Origin: a bacterium
Lineage (GTDB): Bacteria; Zhuqueibacterota; Zhuqueibacteria; Oceanimicrobiales; Oceanimicrobiaceae
DNA length: 50,291 nucleotides
Direction of reading: 5' to 3'
Assembly (NCBI GenBank): GCA_046758365.1
Contig: JBHIAC010000008.1
Span: 1-50,291, forward strand
In this document: positions 17,757 to 30,250 of the stretch, piece by piece
Position numbering within the stretch: the first letter of the stretch is position 1
Layout: each line of letters opens with the position of its first letter
Notes under the pieces: model-generated
Database searches by the model: none
The model's input: only the letters and a program-made list of their open reading frames with translations
What the model was told of the DNA's origin: nothing
Made by a program: the position numbers and the translations under genes

Positions 17757-19682
17757 TCACCAGGCGCGATAGCCACCAATCTCATTGCTAAAAATCCAAG
17801 CCACGACTTCTCCGATGCGAATGTCTTCATAGATATATGTGGTTCGTTCATGCTCGGACGATCCTTCTTTGTAGAACCTCTTCTGAGATGCAAACATTTT
17901 TTTAAACCTACCGATCCATCCATCTCTTTTAAGCTTATCGATGTAAACAGCCTCGAAATTGATAGGCCTCAAGTCAACCCAACCCTGTTCTGCCCAGAGG
18001 TCTATCTTTGAAAGATCGTGAATTGTGAGTCGACCATGTACCGTTTCTGGAATTTTGATGAACGGACTTCGGAGAATCTTTTTGCCATCAGGCATAATTA
18101 TTGGAAGGCCTAAAGAAGTAATAAGGTCTTTTATTGGGTTGTCATTCAAATAATTGTTTATCTTTGCTGACATCTCCTCCGGAGTCACTTCACCCTTTTC
18201 AGGTTCCAGGATCGCTTTTAGGTTTGGAAAGTTTTCTCTGATAAGATAGGCTTCAAAGAGAAGCTTAGTTAATTTTGGTGGCCCAAGCGTACCTGTGGCA
18301 ATACTTGGCAGAGCATCACTTATCTTTACCCTCATCTCTTTTTCGTAATTGATAATCTTCTTAATGGCAGAATCCCGAAGATATCCACCTCGATAGCTTG
18401 GGTCCACCACCGCACTATCGATAGCGGTTATAATATTCTTTCCAGTACCCTGTCCCATGATCTCGAGGACAACATAGTCAGCCAATTCTTCGGGTGTAAC
18501 GAACTCCATCTGGCCAAGTGATGTTATGGCCTCGAATTCCCCTAATCCGAAGAATCCATTCTCACCAGTATTGACTCCGATAATTGAAAATTTATCTTTC
18601 TTTTTTTGATATTTGGATTCTTGCTGTTCGAGTTCTAAAACACTGCCAGTCTTTAGCGTTTCGCTCTCACAACAATAAAGAGGCACGGGCATGATTTTCC
18701 CTTTCCTCCTTTGTCGCACGACTTGACCTTCTATCTTTTTGTACCCGATCATTGCGGCAGGTTTTATTTCTTTAATCACAGGCGCATCAGGGGTTCTTGC
18801 CAGCAAAAAAAGTAATCCAGTATGAGCAAATCCCACACAGGTTTTGGACAGAAGATCAAAGCTGGGCTTATCCTCACCGTGAGTATATGGGATGTTCATA
18901 CCCATGCCCCCAGTTCCAGTCGTTCCTACTTTTAGGTAGATTCTAGTGTTTGCTTTTTTCATGGATTCCGATAAAAGACGAATATGATTGATAATCTGGG
19001 GGATGGGTTGAGAAATTAGGAGAATATCTAAAAGCTTTAAATTGGTAATCCCAGTAAAAAGCTGCTTTTTAGCTAACTTCCTAATGCTTTGAAATTTTTG
19101 ACTTAAAAGTTGAACGCTATCTCGATCTAAGTTCTCAATACTTTTAAAAAACTCATTGGAAAATTCTACTTCTAAGAGGGTCTGGAGTTGGTCTTTAAAT
19201 TCCTTTATTACTTGAGAACTCCACCTTACATTCTGGTAACTAATTGCACTAGAAGTGTTAATGCAATCCACAATTACATCGGGTTTTTCTCCCTCAATTA
19301 GTTTAACTAAAAGGCTTTGAGTTCGGATATTTGTTGGAATATCTTCTCTCAAAGGCCCAAAGATATCTTTGAAAATCTGGTCAAGCCAATTTTGATTTTG
19401 TAAGATTTCTGCTCTTTCGGTCTCGCGTTCTCTCACGGCGCTCCTTTTGGCTTTGGTAAATTCCTCACGCAAAAATATGTCACCCCCAACAGCGCGATAA
19501 CTAACGTGCAGAAAATCTTTTTTTAATAAATTAACGGCTTTCTTTGCTTCATATATGTATCGCGAAGCAATAACAATTTTCCTTGGAGATAGATATTTTG
19601 CTATCTTGCGAGCAACTTGAAACCCGACTAGTCCAGCACCACCGAGAATTAATACCGTATCAGCAAACTTTGACATTTGCAC
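17757..19682 (-). CDS. Large uncharacterised NAD(P)-binding Rossmann-fold protein
   Basis: LILGGAGLVG N-terminal motif, DCINTSSAISYQ, KVGTTGTGGMGMNIPYTH, NTGENG, ATGTLGPP; overlaps the end of rpe. Confidence 0.75.
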   Translation of the reverse strand: MQMSKFADTVLILGGAGLVGFQVARKIAKYLSPRKIVIASRYIYEAKKAVNLLKKDFLHVSYRAVGGDIFLREEFTKAKRSAVRERETERAEILQNQNWLDQIFKDIFGPLREDIPTNIRTQSLLVKLIEGEKPDVIVDCINTSSAISYQNVRWSSQVIKEFKDQLQTLLEVEFSNEFFKSIENLDRDSVQLLSQKFQSIRKLAKKQLFTGITNLKLLDILLISQPIPQIINHIRLLSESMKKANTRIYLKVGTTGTGGMGMNIPYTHGEDKPSFDLLSKTCVGFAHTGLLFLLARTPDAPVIKEIKPAAMIGYKKIEGQVVRQRRKGKIMPVPLYCCESETLKTGSVLELEQQESKYQKKKDKFSIIGVNTGENGFFGLGEFEAITSLGQMEFVTPEELADYVVLEIMGQGTGKNIITAIDSAVVDPSYRGGYLRDSAIKKIINYEKEMRVKISDALPSIATGTLGPPKLTKLLFEAYLIRENFPNLKAILEPEKGEVTPEEMSAKINNYLNDNPIKDLITSLGLPIIMPDGKKILRSPFIKIPETVHGRLTIHDLSKIDLWAEQGWVDLRPINFEAVYIDKLKRDGWIGRFKKMFASQKRFYKEGSSEHERTTYIYEDIRIGEVVAWIFSNEIGGYRAW

Positions 19683-20355
19683 CTCTTTCTTTTAGGGCTG
19701 ATTCTTTAATTTCAGTAAATGCTTTTGCTATATCAGTAGCACCGAAAATTGAGGACCCAGCAACCAAAACATTCGCCCCAGCTTTTACCACTTCTGGAGC
19801 TGTGGTCTTATCGATGCCCCCATCAACTTCCAAAAAAATAGAACGATCTGATTTGTTTATTAATTGCGCAATTCGTTGAATCTTTGCTACAACATCAGGA
19901 ATAAAAGATTGACCACTAAATCCTGGATTAACACTCATGGCTAAAACAAGATCAACATCATTTAAGATATTTTCTAGAAAGTTTACTGGTGTTGCTGGAT
20001 TAAGCACTACACCAGCTTTTGCACCAGAAGATTTTATTAAATTCACGGTTTTATTTAAATGTAAGGTAGCTTCAACATGAACAGAAATGATATCTGCACC
20101 TGCCTCTCTAAATTGTTTAATATATAAATCTGGATTCTCAATCATTAAATGTACATCAAGAGATAAGTCAGTAATCTTATTGACTGCCTCAACCATTAAA
20201 GGACCGAAAGTAATATTGGGAACAAAATGACCGTCCATTACGTCTAAATGAAACCAGTCTGCTCCTGCTTCTTCGGCGACCTGAATTTGTTCTCTTAATT
20301 TCGAAAAATCTGCAGAGAGAATTGATGGAGCAATTTTAATCATTTTCTCACTCAC
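19660..20355 (-). CDS. rpe: Ribulose-phosphate 3-epimerase
   Basis: IAPSILSADF, HLDVMDGHFVPNITFG, MSVNPGFSGQ, EVDGG. Confidence 0.97.
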   Translation of the reverse strand: MSEKMIKIAPSILSADFSKLREQIQVAEEAGADWFHLDVMDGHFVPNITFGPLMVEAVNKITDLSLDVHLMIENPDLYIKQFREAGADIISVHVEATLHLNKTVNLIKSSGAKAGVVLNPATPVNFLENILNDVDLVLAMSVNPGFSGQSFIPDVVAKIQRIAQLINKSDRSIFLEVDGGIDKTTAPEVVKAGANVLVAGSSIFGATDIAKAFTEIKESALKERGANVKVC

Positions 20356-21110
20356 CTTTTAGATTTAGTAACTGTGGTTATAACAAGATCTATTGTATCC
20401 CCACGAGCAACTGTTAGACCATCGGATATCGATTGATCTATTACCGTATTTGGTAAAAAATTATTTAGCACCTGGTACCTCACCTTACCGAGAGTTAACC
20501 CAGATTTTTCAATATCTCTTTTTGCGGCTTCTAAAGTTTTACCAAGGACTGAAGGAACGATGACATTCTTATGGGCTTGGCCTAAACTAACGGTTATATC
20601 AATGGCAGTACTCATTTTTACCATGCTTTTGGGTTCTTTCGACTGTGCAATTACAACCTCGGGAGGTTCATTAGGAACATATTGATAATCCCGTTCTCCT
20701 ATTCGGAGGCCTAAACTTTTTAATGTCTCTTCAGCATTAGTTTCTGAAAGACCTATTAAATTAGGTACTTGAATTTCCCTTTCTCCAACGCTGATGGTTA
20801 AATAAACTCGACGTCCTTTTTTTACCTTTCTATAGGCCCGTGGATTTTGAGCAACAACATAACCAAAGGGGAGCTCAGAATCGTATTTTTCTCCTCCCTT
20901 AACAACTCTAAGACCTTGCATCTCCAAAATTTCTTTTGCTGTTTCAAATCTTTTGGCCGTTACATTTGGTACATTTAGAGCTTCTCCATGCTTGGTGTAC
21001 CAAGGCATTATAACTTGATCGAATAAAATAATTAGACCGAGAAATAGGACAAATAAGAATCCTAGAAACAATAACCTTTTCGGAGTAAATATCTTGAATA
21101 ATTTTCTCAT
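20352..21110 (-). CDS. Membrane-anchored protein with three PASTA domains
   Basis: One TM helix then three VP.V/L.G...A...L...GL...V..Q repeats. Confidence 0.9.
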   Translation of the reverse strand: MRKLFKIFTPKRLLFLGFLFVLFLGLIILFDQVIMPWYTKHGEALNVPNVTAKRFETAKEILEMQGLRVVKGGEKYDSELPFGYVVAQNPRAYRKVKKGRRVYLTISVGEREIQVPNLIGLSETNAEETLKSLGLRIGERDYQYVPNEPPEVVIAQSKEPKSMVKMSTAIDITVSLGQAHKNVIVPSVLGKTLEAAKRDIEKSGLTLGKVRYQVLNNFLPNTVIDQSISDGLTVARGDTIDLVITTVTKSKR

Positions 21111-21193
21111 TATATTAACCGAATAAAAGGATAAATATCCCTTTTTTACCCTGGGTCAACATTAATATACTGACCGATCTTGATAGATAACTC

Positions 21194-21218
21194 GCCACGC
21201 ACTTTGGAAGTGCGTGGC
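21194..21218. repeat. GC-rich palindromic hairpin (REP-like or terminator) after rsmB
   Basis: GCCACGCACTT-TGG-AAGTGCGTGGC. Confidence 0.55.
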
Positions 21219-21237
21219 ACATTCCGGCCATTGGACA

Positions 21238-22587
21238 CTATTTTAATTTCACCATTTTAGCACAAAAGACTCCATCCATTTCATGTTTGTGTGGTAATGA
21301 AGTCCAGTAACCCTTGGAATTCATAAATTCTTCGTTTAATAAAGTTGAATCATTATCCAACTTAAAGTCCTTATTATTATCCAAAAATTCTTCTACAACT
21401 TCTTCGTTTTCTTCTGGCTCAAGAGTGCAGGTGCTGTAAACTAAAACACCACCTCTTTTTAGCAGCTTACTTGCATTTTGTATTAAAGATTTCTGAAGTT
21501 GTTTAATATTTAAAATATCTTCTAATTTACGCTTCCAACGCAAATCTGCTCGTTTTGCTAAAACTCCTAAGCCTGAACAAGGGGCATCTAATAGGATTTT
21601 GTCAACGTTTCTGCAATAAAAGTTTGTGCCATTGGCAATTATGGGTAAAATGGAGGTTAATTCTAATCTCTTAATATTTTTCATTAATAAATTCATTCTT
21701 TTGGGGTTTATATCCACAGCAAGTACTTTACTGGTATTTTTCGTTAAATTTGTCAAATAACCAGCCTTTCCACCTGGCGCAGCACAAAGATCTAATATAA
21801 TCTCTCCTTTTTGAGGTGCCAAAAGCAAACAGGGTATAGCGGTACTTTCATCTTGAATGGTAAATAATCCTTCATTAAATGGGGCAAGTTGAGTCAAATT
21901 TTGTGGTTTAAAAATTTTAATAAAATCAGGAAAATATTTAGATGGCAGCGCTTGTATTCCTAAATTTTCAAAAATTTTTAAAAGAGCCTCTTGCGATGTC
22001 TTTCTTAAATTAACGCGTAGGGAAATAGCTGGACGACAATTGTTATACTGGCAAAGCTGTTTCGTTTCTTTCAGTCCGAATCGTTTAAGCCATCTTTGCA
22101 CCATCCATGCGGGATGGGAATAATGAACAGCCAGGGCTGATATAGGGTCTCCATCAAATGAAGGAAATTTTGACTCTTTTCCTTCTCGTAAATAACTCCT
22201 AAGAACGCCATTCACCAAATTTCCCCAGGCTTTTCCCCCATTCTTTTTTGCAATTTCAACCCCCTGAGAAATTGCGGCATATTCAGGTATTTTGTCCAAG
22301 AATTTTATTTGGTATAAGCTTACCTCCAAAATACTTTTTAACTTACTCTGGCAATTTATAAAGTCACCATGAAAAAATTTAGTTAAAATCCAATCAAGCT
22401 GCCCTCGCCATCTTAGGGTGCCGTTCACCAGTTCAAGAATTAATGATTTGTCCTCCTGTTTAAGCGTTTGTATTTTAAACTCTTTTAAAATGAGGTCATC
22501 AGCATAAAAGCCTTTTTTATAAACTTTATCTAAAATGTTAACAGAAATCTCACGGGCAGAAAGTTTCCCTTTAGCCAAATATCTCAC
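21238..22587 (-). CDS. rsmB: 16S rRNA m5C967 methyltransferase RsmB/Sun
   Basis: NusB-like N-terminus, DLCAAPGGK, LLDAPCSGLG, VYSTCT. Confidence 0.95.
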   Translation of the reverse strand: MRYLAKGKLSAREISVNILDKVYKKGFYADDLILKEFKIQTLKQEDKSLILELVNGTLRWRGQLDWILTKFFHGDFINCQSKLKSILEVSLYQIKFLDKIPEYAAISQGVEIAKKNGGKAWGNLVNGVLRSYLREGKESKFPSFDGDPISALAVHYSHPAWMVQRWLKRFGLKETKQLCQYNNCRPAISLRVNLRKTSQEALLKIFENLGIQALPSKYFPDFIKIFKPQNLTQLAPFNEGLFTIQDESTAIPCLLLAPQKGEIILDLCAAPGGKAGYLTNLTKNTSKVLAVDINPKRMNLLMKNIKRLELTSILPIIANGTNFYCRNVDKILLDAPCSGLGVLAKRADLRWKRKLEDILNIKQLQKSLIQNASKLLKRGGVLVYSTCTLEPEENEEVVEEFLDNNKDFKLDNDSTLLNEEFMNSKGYWTSLPHKHEMDGVFCAKMVKLK

Positions 22588-23503
22588 CTACTTCTAACAC
22601 ATGCCCCCTTAGAAATTCATTAGTTAACATTTTACGTTTACCTTCAAGCTGCAGTTCAAAAATTTCAATGTGGCCTGAACCGGTTGTCACTTCAATATAC
22701 CCTTCTTTAGATTTTATAGCTATAATTTCACCTGGAACTTTGGCTACTTCTGATTTAGCAGAAATTTTCGTTCGAAATATTTTTATGAGCTTTCCATTAA
22801 GATATGTATAAGCCCCAGGCCATGGGCTTAAGCCTCGTATCAAGTTTCGAATCTTTGAAGCAGGTTCTTCCCATTGAATATGACCTAATTCTTTGGTTAG
22901 TTTAGGTGCTTTGGTAACCTCGCCTGTTTGGTAACTTCTTGGCGCTCGATTTTCACTAATCAAATTAATCGTTTCAAGTAATAATTCCGCCCCTATCGTG
23001 GCAAGTTTTTCGTGAAGTTCCCCAGCGGTTTCATCATCTCCAATCGCAGCTTTTTTCTGTAAAATGATATCACCGGCATCAACTTTTTCTTGAATATAAA
23101 TTGTGGTCACACCGGTTTCTTTTTCTCCATTAATGATGGCCCAGTTAATAGGTGCGGCTCCACGATATTTTGGCAAAAGAGAGGCGTGCAGATTTATTGT
23201 ACCTTTTGGCGGAATTTTAAATACTTCTAGTGGTAAAATTCGGAAAGCAACCACAACAAAGAGATGGGCATTTAAACTTTTTATTTGGTTAATAAATTCT
23301 GAATCTTTCAAATGTATCGGTTGTAAAATTGGAATGTTAAAGTCCAAAGCAACTTTTTTAATAGGCGTCGGCTGAATTTTTAATCCGCGTCCCACAGGTT
23401 TATCTGGCGACGTGACCACCCCAACCAATTCATGGGAACTCTCCATGATGGTTTTAAAACTGGGAATTGCAAACTCAGGCGTTCCCATAAAAAGAATTCT
23501 CAT
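22571..23503 (-). CDS. fmt: Methionyl-tRNA formyltransferase
   Basis: MRILFMGTPEFA, NLHASLLPKYRGAAPI. Confidence 0.97.
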   Translation of the reverse strand: MRILFMGTPEFAIPSFKTIMESSHELVGVVTSPDKPVGRGLKIQPTPIKKVALDFNIPILQPIHLKDSEFINQIKSLNAHLFVVVAFRILPLEVFKIPPKGTINLHASLLPKYRGAAPINWAIINGEKETGVTTIYIQEKVDAGDIILQKKAAIGDDETAGELHEKLATIGAELLLETINLISENRAPRSYQTGEVTKAPKLTKELGHIQWEEPASKIRNLIRGLSPWPGAYTYLNGKLIKIFRTKISAKSEVAKVPGEIIAIKSKEGYIEVTTGSGHIEIFELQLEGKRKMLTNEFLRGHVLEVGEIFG

Positions 23504-24051
23504 AGGATGCCTTTTAAAGTTTCAATAGGAACTTTTGGCTCCAGTTTGCTCTCTTCAGCTATTTTCTTTAACGTTTTGGATAAAAGCTTCCTTTTTATTG
23601 GACTAATTCTATCCACAAATAATATACCATTTAAGTGGTCAATCTCGTGTTGGAGAACCCGCGCAAGCATTCCACCATAGATTTCTTCATGTTCATACCC
23701 GTCTAAATCTTTATACTTAACTCGGATGATTTCATGCCGCGCAACATCTTCGCGGATATCAGGAATGCTCAAACACCCTTCCTCCATAGTTGAGGAACCT
23801 TCTTCGTTTAGCACGACTGGATTTATATATGCTTTGGGTGATGCTCCTTCCTCTATGAGTCCTAAATTAACTACACACAAAGCAATGGATTCTGCAACCT
23901 GTGTGGCTGCCAATCCAATGCCTTCCGCATATTGCATGGTCTCGATCATATCGTCCGCCAGCGTAAGAATGGAATCGTTTATTACATCAATTGGCGTAGC
24001 TTTTATTCTGAGAAAAGGGTTTCCATATTTAACGATATATCTAACAGCCAT
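23500..24051 (-). CDS. def: Peptide deformylase
   Basis: GIGLAATQV, EGCLSIP, QHEIDHLNG. Confidence 0.97.
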   Translation of the reverse strand: MAVRYIVKYGNPFLRIKATPIDVINDSILTLADDMIETMQYAEGIGLAATQVAESIALCVVNLGLIEEGASPKAYINPVVLNEEGSSTMEEGCLSIPDIREDVARHEIIRVKYKDLDGYEHEEIYGGMLARVLQHEIDHLNGILFVDRISPIKRKLLSKTLKKIAEESKLEPKVPIETLKGIL

Positions 24052-24055
24052 GAAA

Positions 24056-24385
24056 CTATTCCAACTTTTTTGTAATGGAAGTACGTACTATTTCAATTTT
24101 CACATTATCTGCAATTTTAATAATAAGGGTATTATCTTTTTCTTTAATTCCCGCAATTGTTCCAAAGATCCCGCCTGCAGTTATAACTTTGTCTCCCTTT
24201 TTTAGGGATTGAATCATAGCCTGTTGCTGCTTTTGTTTTTTAGCTTGCGGTCGGAATATTAAAAAATACATGATAGCAAAAATTAAAATAAAAGGCATCC
24301 ACAAGGCTAACGGATTAGCTCCGTCTGGAGATCCAGACCCACTCAACATGAAAAATAAAAATATTTGGTTCACGCCTCCCTCCAT
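24056..24385 (-). CDS. yajC: Preprotein translocase subunit YajC
   Basis: YFLIFRPQ..KQK, LKKGDKVITAGGIFG; follows tgt. Confidence 0.95.
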   Translation of the reverse strand: MEGGVNQIFLFFMLSGSGSPDGANPLALWMPFILIFAIMYFLIFRPQAKKQKQQQAMIQSLKKGDKVITAGGIFGTIAGIKEKDNTLIIKIADNVKIEIVRTSITKKLE

Positions 24386-24401
24386 AATTTAGATTTTAGT
24401 T

Positions 24402-26926
<2,525 letters not shown>

Positions 26927-27070
26927 ATCAATAGACCTTGATTTTAATGTAAATTATCAAAAATAAAACAAAAAGTCAAGATTTAAATTGAATAAGCTAT
27001 TGACAGTCATCTAATGTTTTCATACATTTAGATAACTTAATTCATTTCCCCTTAATATGACAGGTTACCA

Positions 27071-27427
27071 ATGGTAAAAAATTTTATCTGTATTATCATA
27101 ATTTTTTTAATTACTGGATGTTCAACCAAACCAAAAGAAAAAACCTTAGACCTTGATCTATTTGTCAATATATACGTTGAACTGGTTTTACAATCCGTGA
27201 ATCCGACAGAAGCTGATAGCTTAGACCCATTACAGATGGCACTAGATAAATTTGGAGTTTCAAGAGAGGAGTTTGAAGCGAGCATTAATTACTTTGAAAG
27301 TAATCCTAAACTTTGGTTAAACGTATTTACAAAAGTTATAAATGAGTTAGAAGTCAGAAAAGAATTAGTAAATAAAACAGAATCTGAAAAGATGAAAAAA
27401 CCTATGGAAGATGAATCGGAGAATTAA
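27071..27427 (+). CDS. Small lipoprotein (DUF4296-like)
   Basis: Lipobox LITG-C; helical body with KFGVSREEF...YF..NP..W pattern. Confidence 0.7.
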   Translation: MVKNFICIIIIFLITGCSTKPKEKTLDLDLFVNIYVELVLQSVNPTEADSLDPLQMALDKFGVSREEFEASINYFESNPKLWLNVFTKVINELEVRKELVNKTESEKMKKPMEDESEN

Positions 27428-27559
27428 TATGGGTTAAAATGGTGGCCTGTTTCAAATCATTACACTGTTTCAGGAACATTCACGCGTAACCAATAATTTC
27501 AGGAAATTCATTTAATACTTTTATTAAAAAACAATAGTTTATACAATAAACAATAAACA

Positions 27560-27575
27560 TGGCATTTAATTTGCA
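27560..27575 (+). promoter_or_regulatory. Orphan sigma54 promoter
   Basis: TGGCATTTAATTTGCA (GG-N10-GC); upstream TGTTTCA repeats at 27448 and 27466 and an IHF-like AAACAATAGTTTA at 27529-27541. Confidence 0.7.
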
Positions 27576-27585
27576 AAAGAATAAA

Positions 27586-27820
27586 TGACGTAAGTGCAAA
27601 AATGATTTATAAATGACATGGATACCTTCCAACATTTTTATCTATAAACTGAAGCATTTAATTTTCAAGCTCCAATTTCAAACACTCAAGAAATGGACTT
27701 CCAAACAAATTTTAGAAATATTTGATCTCCGTTCTAACCCTTTGGCATAAGGAGATCAAAGACCAGGGGACTGGCAAATCGCATCTTGGCACTGCATCCT
27801 CGAAAGCCAGTCCCCAAGCC
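27586..27820 (+). ncRNA. Candidate sigma54-dependent small RNA (or mRNA of a 45-aa peptide, 27613-27750)
   Basis: Lies downstream of the orphan sigma54 promoter; ends in two 10-bp stems TTTGATCTCC/GGAGATCAAA (27721-27760) and GGGGACTGGC/GCCAGTCCCC (27766-27815). Confidence 0.4.
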
Positions 27821-27852
27821 ATTATTCCTTACTTGCATCCCTTAATTATGAT

Positions 27853-29241
27853 TTAAATTGATTTTTCCCTAATTATAATTTCAATTGCTTTCTCCGGACT
27901 TAAGGTCTTCTGTTCACCAGTTTTCATATTTTTTATGGTTACTTGATTGCTTACTATCTCATCGGGTCCGATGATAACAACAAAAGGAATTCTTTTTTTA
28001 TTCGCATAAGAAAATTGCTTTTTGATTTTGGTCACTTCATAAAAGAATTCCGCATTTACACCAGATTTTCTAAGTTTTTGGGTGAAATTTAAACTGGCCT
28101 CACGGGTTGAATCATCAAAAATAGTCACAAAAGCCTGGGTTTTTGTTTTGGTCTCTGGAAACATTTGCAATTGATTCATAACATCGATAATTCGTTCGAT
28201 GCCGAAAGCAGTCCCTGTGGCAGGGATGTCACGTCCCAAAAACATACCTACCAATTTGTCATAGCGGCCGCCGCCAGTTAAACTGCCAATTTTCGGTTCT
28301 TCCACCACAGACTCATAAATGGGACCCGTGTAATATCCTAAACCTCGAACTAAATAGAGGTCGATTTGATAATTGGCTTTTGGAACGCCTAAATCTTCGA
28401 GATATGAAATGATTTGTTTGAGTTCTTTAGTGCCTTCATTGAACGACTCAAATTGATTAAATCTACTTGAAAGCTCCGATAAAATCTGTTCCGACTCACC
28501 AGCAATTTCTAATATTGTGAGAATTTTATCTGTCTCGACCTCGGATATTCCTTTACCAGCAAGTTCCTTTTTGATCCCCTCCAACCCAATTTTTTCCAGT
28601 TTATCTATGGCCATGAAAACGGATATATCTTTTTCGCTTTCTACACCAGCATAGCTCAAAATGCCATTTAATATTTTTCGGTTATTGATGCGAATTTTAA
28701 ATTTTTCAAAACCAAGGGTGGTTAAAACGTCGTGAACAATAGCGATGGATTCGGCATCAGCAAGCATGGATTCGGTACCAACTGTGTCCACATCACACTG
28801 GTAAAATTCCCGGTATCTCCCTTTCTGGGGTCGGTCAGCACGCCAAACCGGCTGGATTTGGTAGCGCTTAAAAGGAAATATGAGTTCATTCTCGTACATA
28901 GCTACCACTCGACTCAAAGGAACGGTCAAATCATAACGCAGAGCTTCTTCAACCAGTTCACTATATTCCTTGGCTACAAATTCTTGGCTTCCACGCAGTA
29001 ACTCCTCGAGACCAGTTCCTCGTTTAAGCACTTTAAAGATTAGCTGTTCTCCTTCATCACCATATTTGCCAGAGAGCACATCCAATTTTTCAATGGATGG
29101 TGTTTCCAATGGTTCGTAACCATACTTCTCGAAAATGTCCTTCACGGTCTCGATTACATACTGTCTCCGAAACATTTGTTCGGGCAAAAAGTCGCGAGTA
29201 CCTTTAGGTAAGCTTGGTTTGATATATTTCATAGAATGCAA
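27853..29241 (-). CDS. hisS: Histidine--tRNA ligase
   Basis: PKGTRDFLP, LRYDLTVPL, RADRPQKGRYREFYQCDVD, VRGLGYYTG, GGGRYD; true start may be the second Met. Confidence 0.97.
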   Translation of the reverse strand: MHSMKYIKPSLPKGTRDFLPEQMFRRQYVIETVKDIFEKYGYEPLETPSIEKLDVLSGKYGDEGEQLIFKVLKRGTGLEELLRGSQEFVAKEYSELVEEALRYDLTVPLSRVVAMYENELIFPFKRYQIQPVWRADRPQKGRYREFYQCDVDTVGTESMLADAESIAIVHDVLTTLGFEKFKIRINNRKILNGILSYAGVESEKDISVFMAIDKLEKIGLEGIKKELAGKGISEVETDKILTILEIAGESEQILSELSSRFNQFESFNEGTKELKQIISYLEDLGVPKANYQIDLYLVRGLGYYTGPIYESVVEEPKIGSLTGGGRYDKLVGMFLGRDIPATGTAFGIERIIDVMNQLQMFPETKTKTQAFVTIFDDSTREASLNFTQKLRKSGVNAEFFYEVTKIKKQFSYANKKRIPFVVIIGPDEIVSNQVTIKNMKTGEQKTLSPEKAIEIIIREKSI

Positions 29242-29368
29242 AATGGTTAAGAATAAAATTTACTTTAAAACTCATATTTTTAGAAAAAATGTGTCGAACT
29301 AACTGTCATTGCGAGGTTATTAAGACGTTGACCCCGAATGATTTCTGGGTTAAACATAACTAATAGAG

Positions 29369-29986
29369 TTATTTATATTTCACAGTACAACCATAGGGCT
29401 GAGTCACTTTTATTAATACCTTTTTCCCAGCCATCGCTTCGTCCAAAGCCAATTGCACATAATTTTTGGCTTTGGCAATATCTTCCCTTTTCGTGGACGG
29501 TTTATCATCAATAGCGCCATTATACACCAGTACACCTTTTGGATTAATGATATACATGTGGGGTGTGGTTATTGCACCGTACAACTTACCTACTTTTCCG
29601 TCGTGATCAAGCAGGAAGGCTGTCGGGGCAGCATTCTCTTCTTTAATTATTTTATTTGCCTTATCAGGAGGGCAATGGCCTTGTTTACCGGGCGCTGATG
29701 AATTAATTATTAACCAGATAACATCCTTTTTAGTGTATTTCTTTTGTAGCTTTTGCATGTTTCCACTACCGTAGTGTTTTTTAACAAAAGGACAATCGGG
29801 ATTAAACCATTCTAACACAACAAACTTGCCCTGGTAATCAGACAACGAATGCTTTTTACCATTCGAATCAGTGAGAGTAAAATCCGGCGCTGGTTTACCA
29901 ATAATAGGTTCATCTGCTTGAACATTTTGAAATAACCCAAAGAAACAACTTAAGAAGAGTAACGGTAAAAAAATATTTCGTTTCAT
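29369..29986 (-). CDS. Exported AhpC/TSA-like thioredoxin-family (redoxin) protein
   Basis: Signal peptide, APDFTL, EWFNPDCPFV, YNGAIDD, PYGCTVKY. Confidence 0.9.
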   Translation of the reverse strand: MKRNIFLPLLFLSCFFGLFQNVQADEPIIGKPAPDFTLTDSNGKKHSLSDYQGKFVVLEWFNPDCPFVKKHYGSGNMQKLQKKYTKKDVIWLIINSSAPGKQGHCPPDKANKIIKEENAAPTAFLLDHDGKVGKLYGAITTPHMYIINPKGVLVYNGAIDDKPSTKREDIAKAKNYVQLALDEAMAGKKVLIKVTQPYGCTVKYK

Positions 29987-30250
29987 AGTAATATCCTCCT
30001 GTTAGTTTTCGTATTGTCAAAATCATTAAAAAACGTATTAACATAAGTTATTTATAATCATAATAATTTGAGATATTTTACCTTTCTCCCCGTTTAGATA
30101 GATATCATAAAAGCACAGCAACCTTTATTTCTCCAATAGATAGAAACAACCCAACAGATAAAAAAATCTTATTATAAGAAATTTTCAGGCGCGAATCCCC
30201 CTTATTTCTAATTCATTCTTTCAGATTTATTAATTATTTAAAGCCAAATT

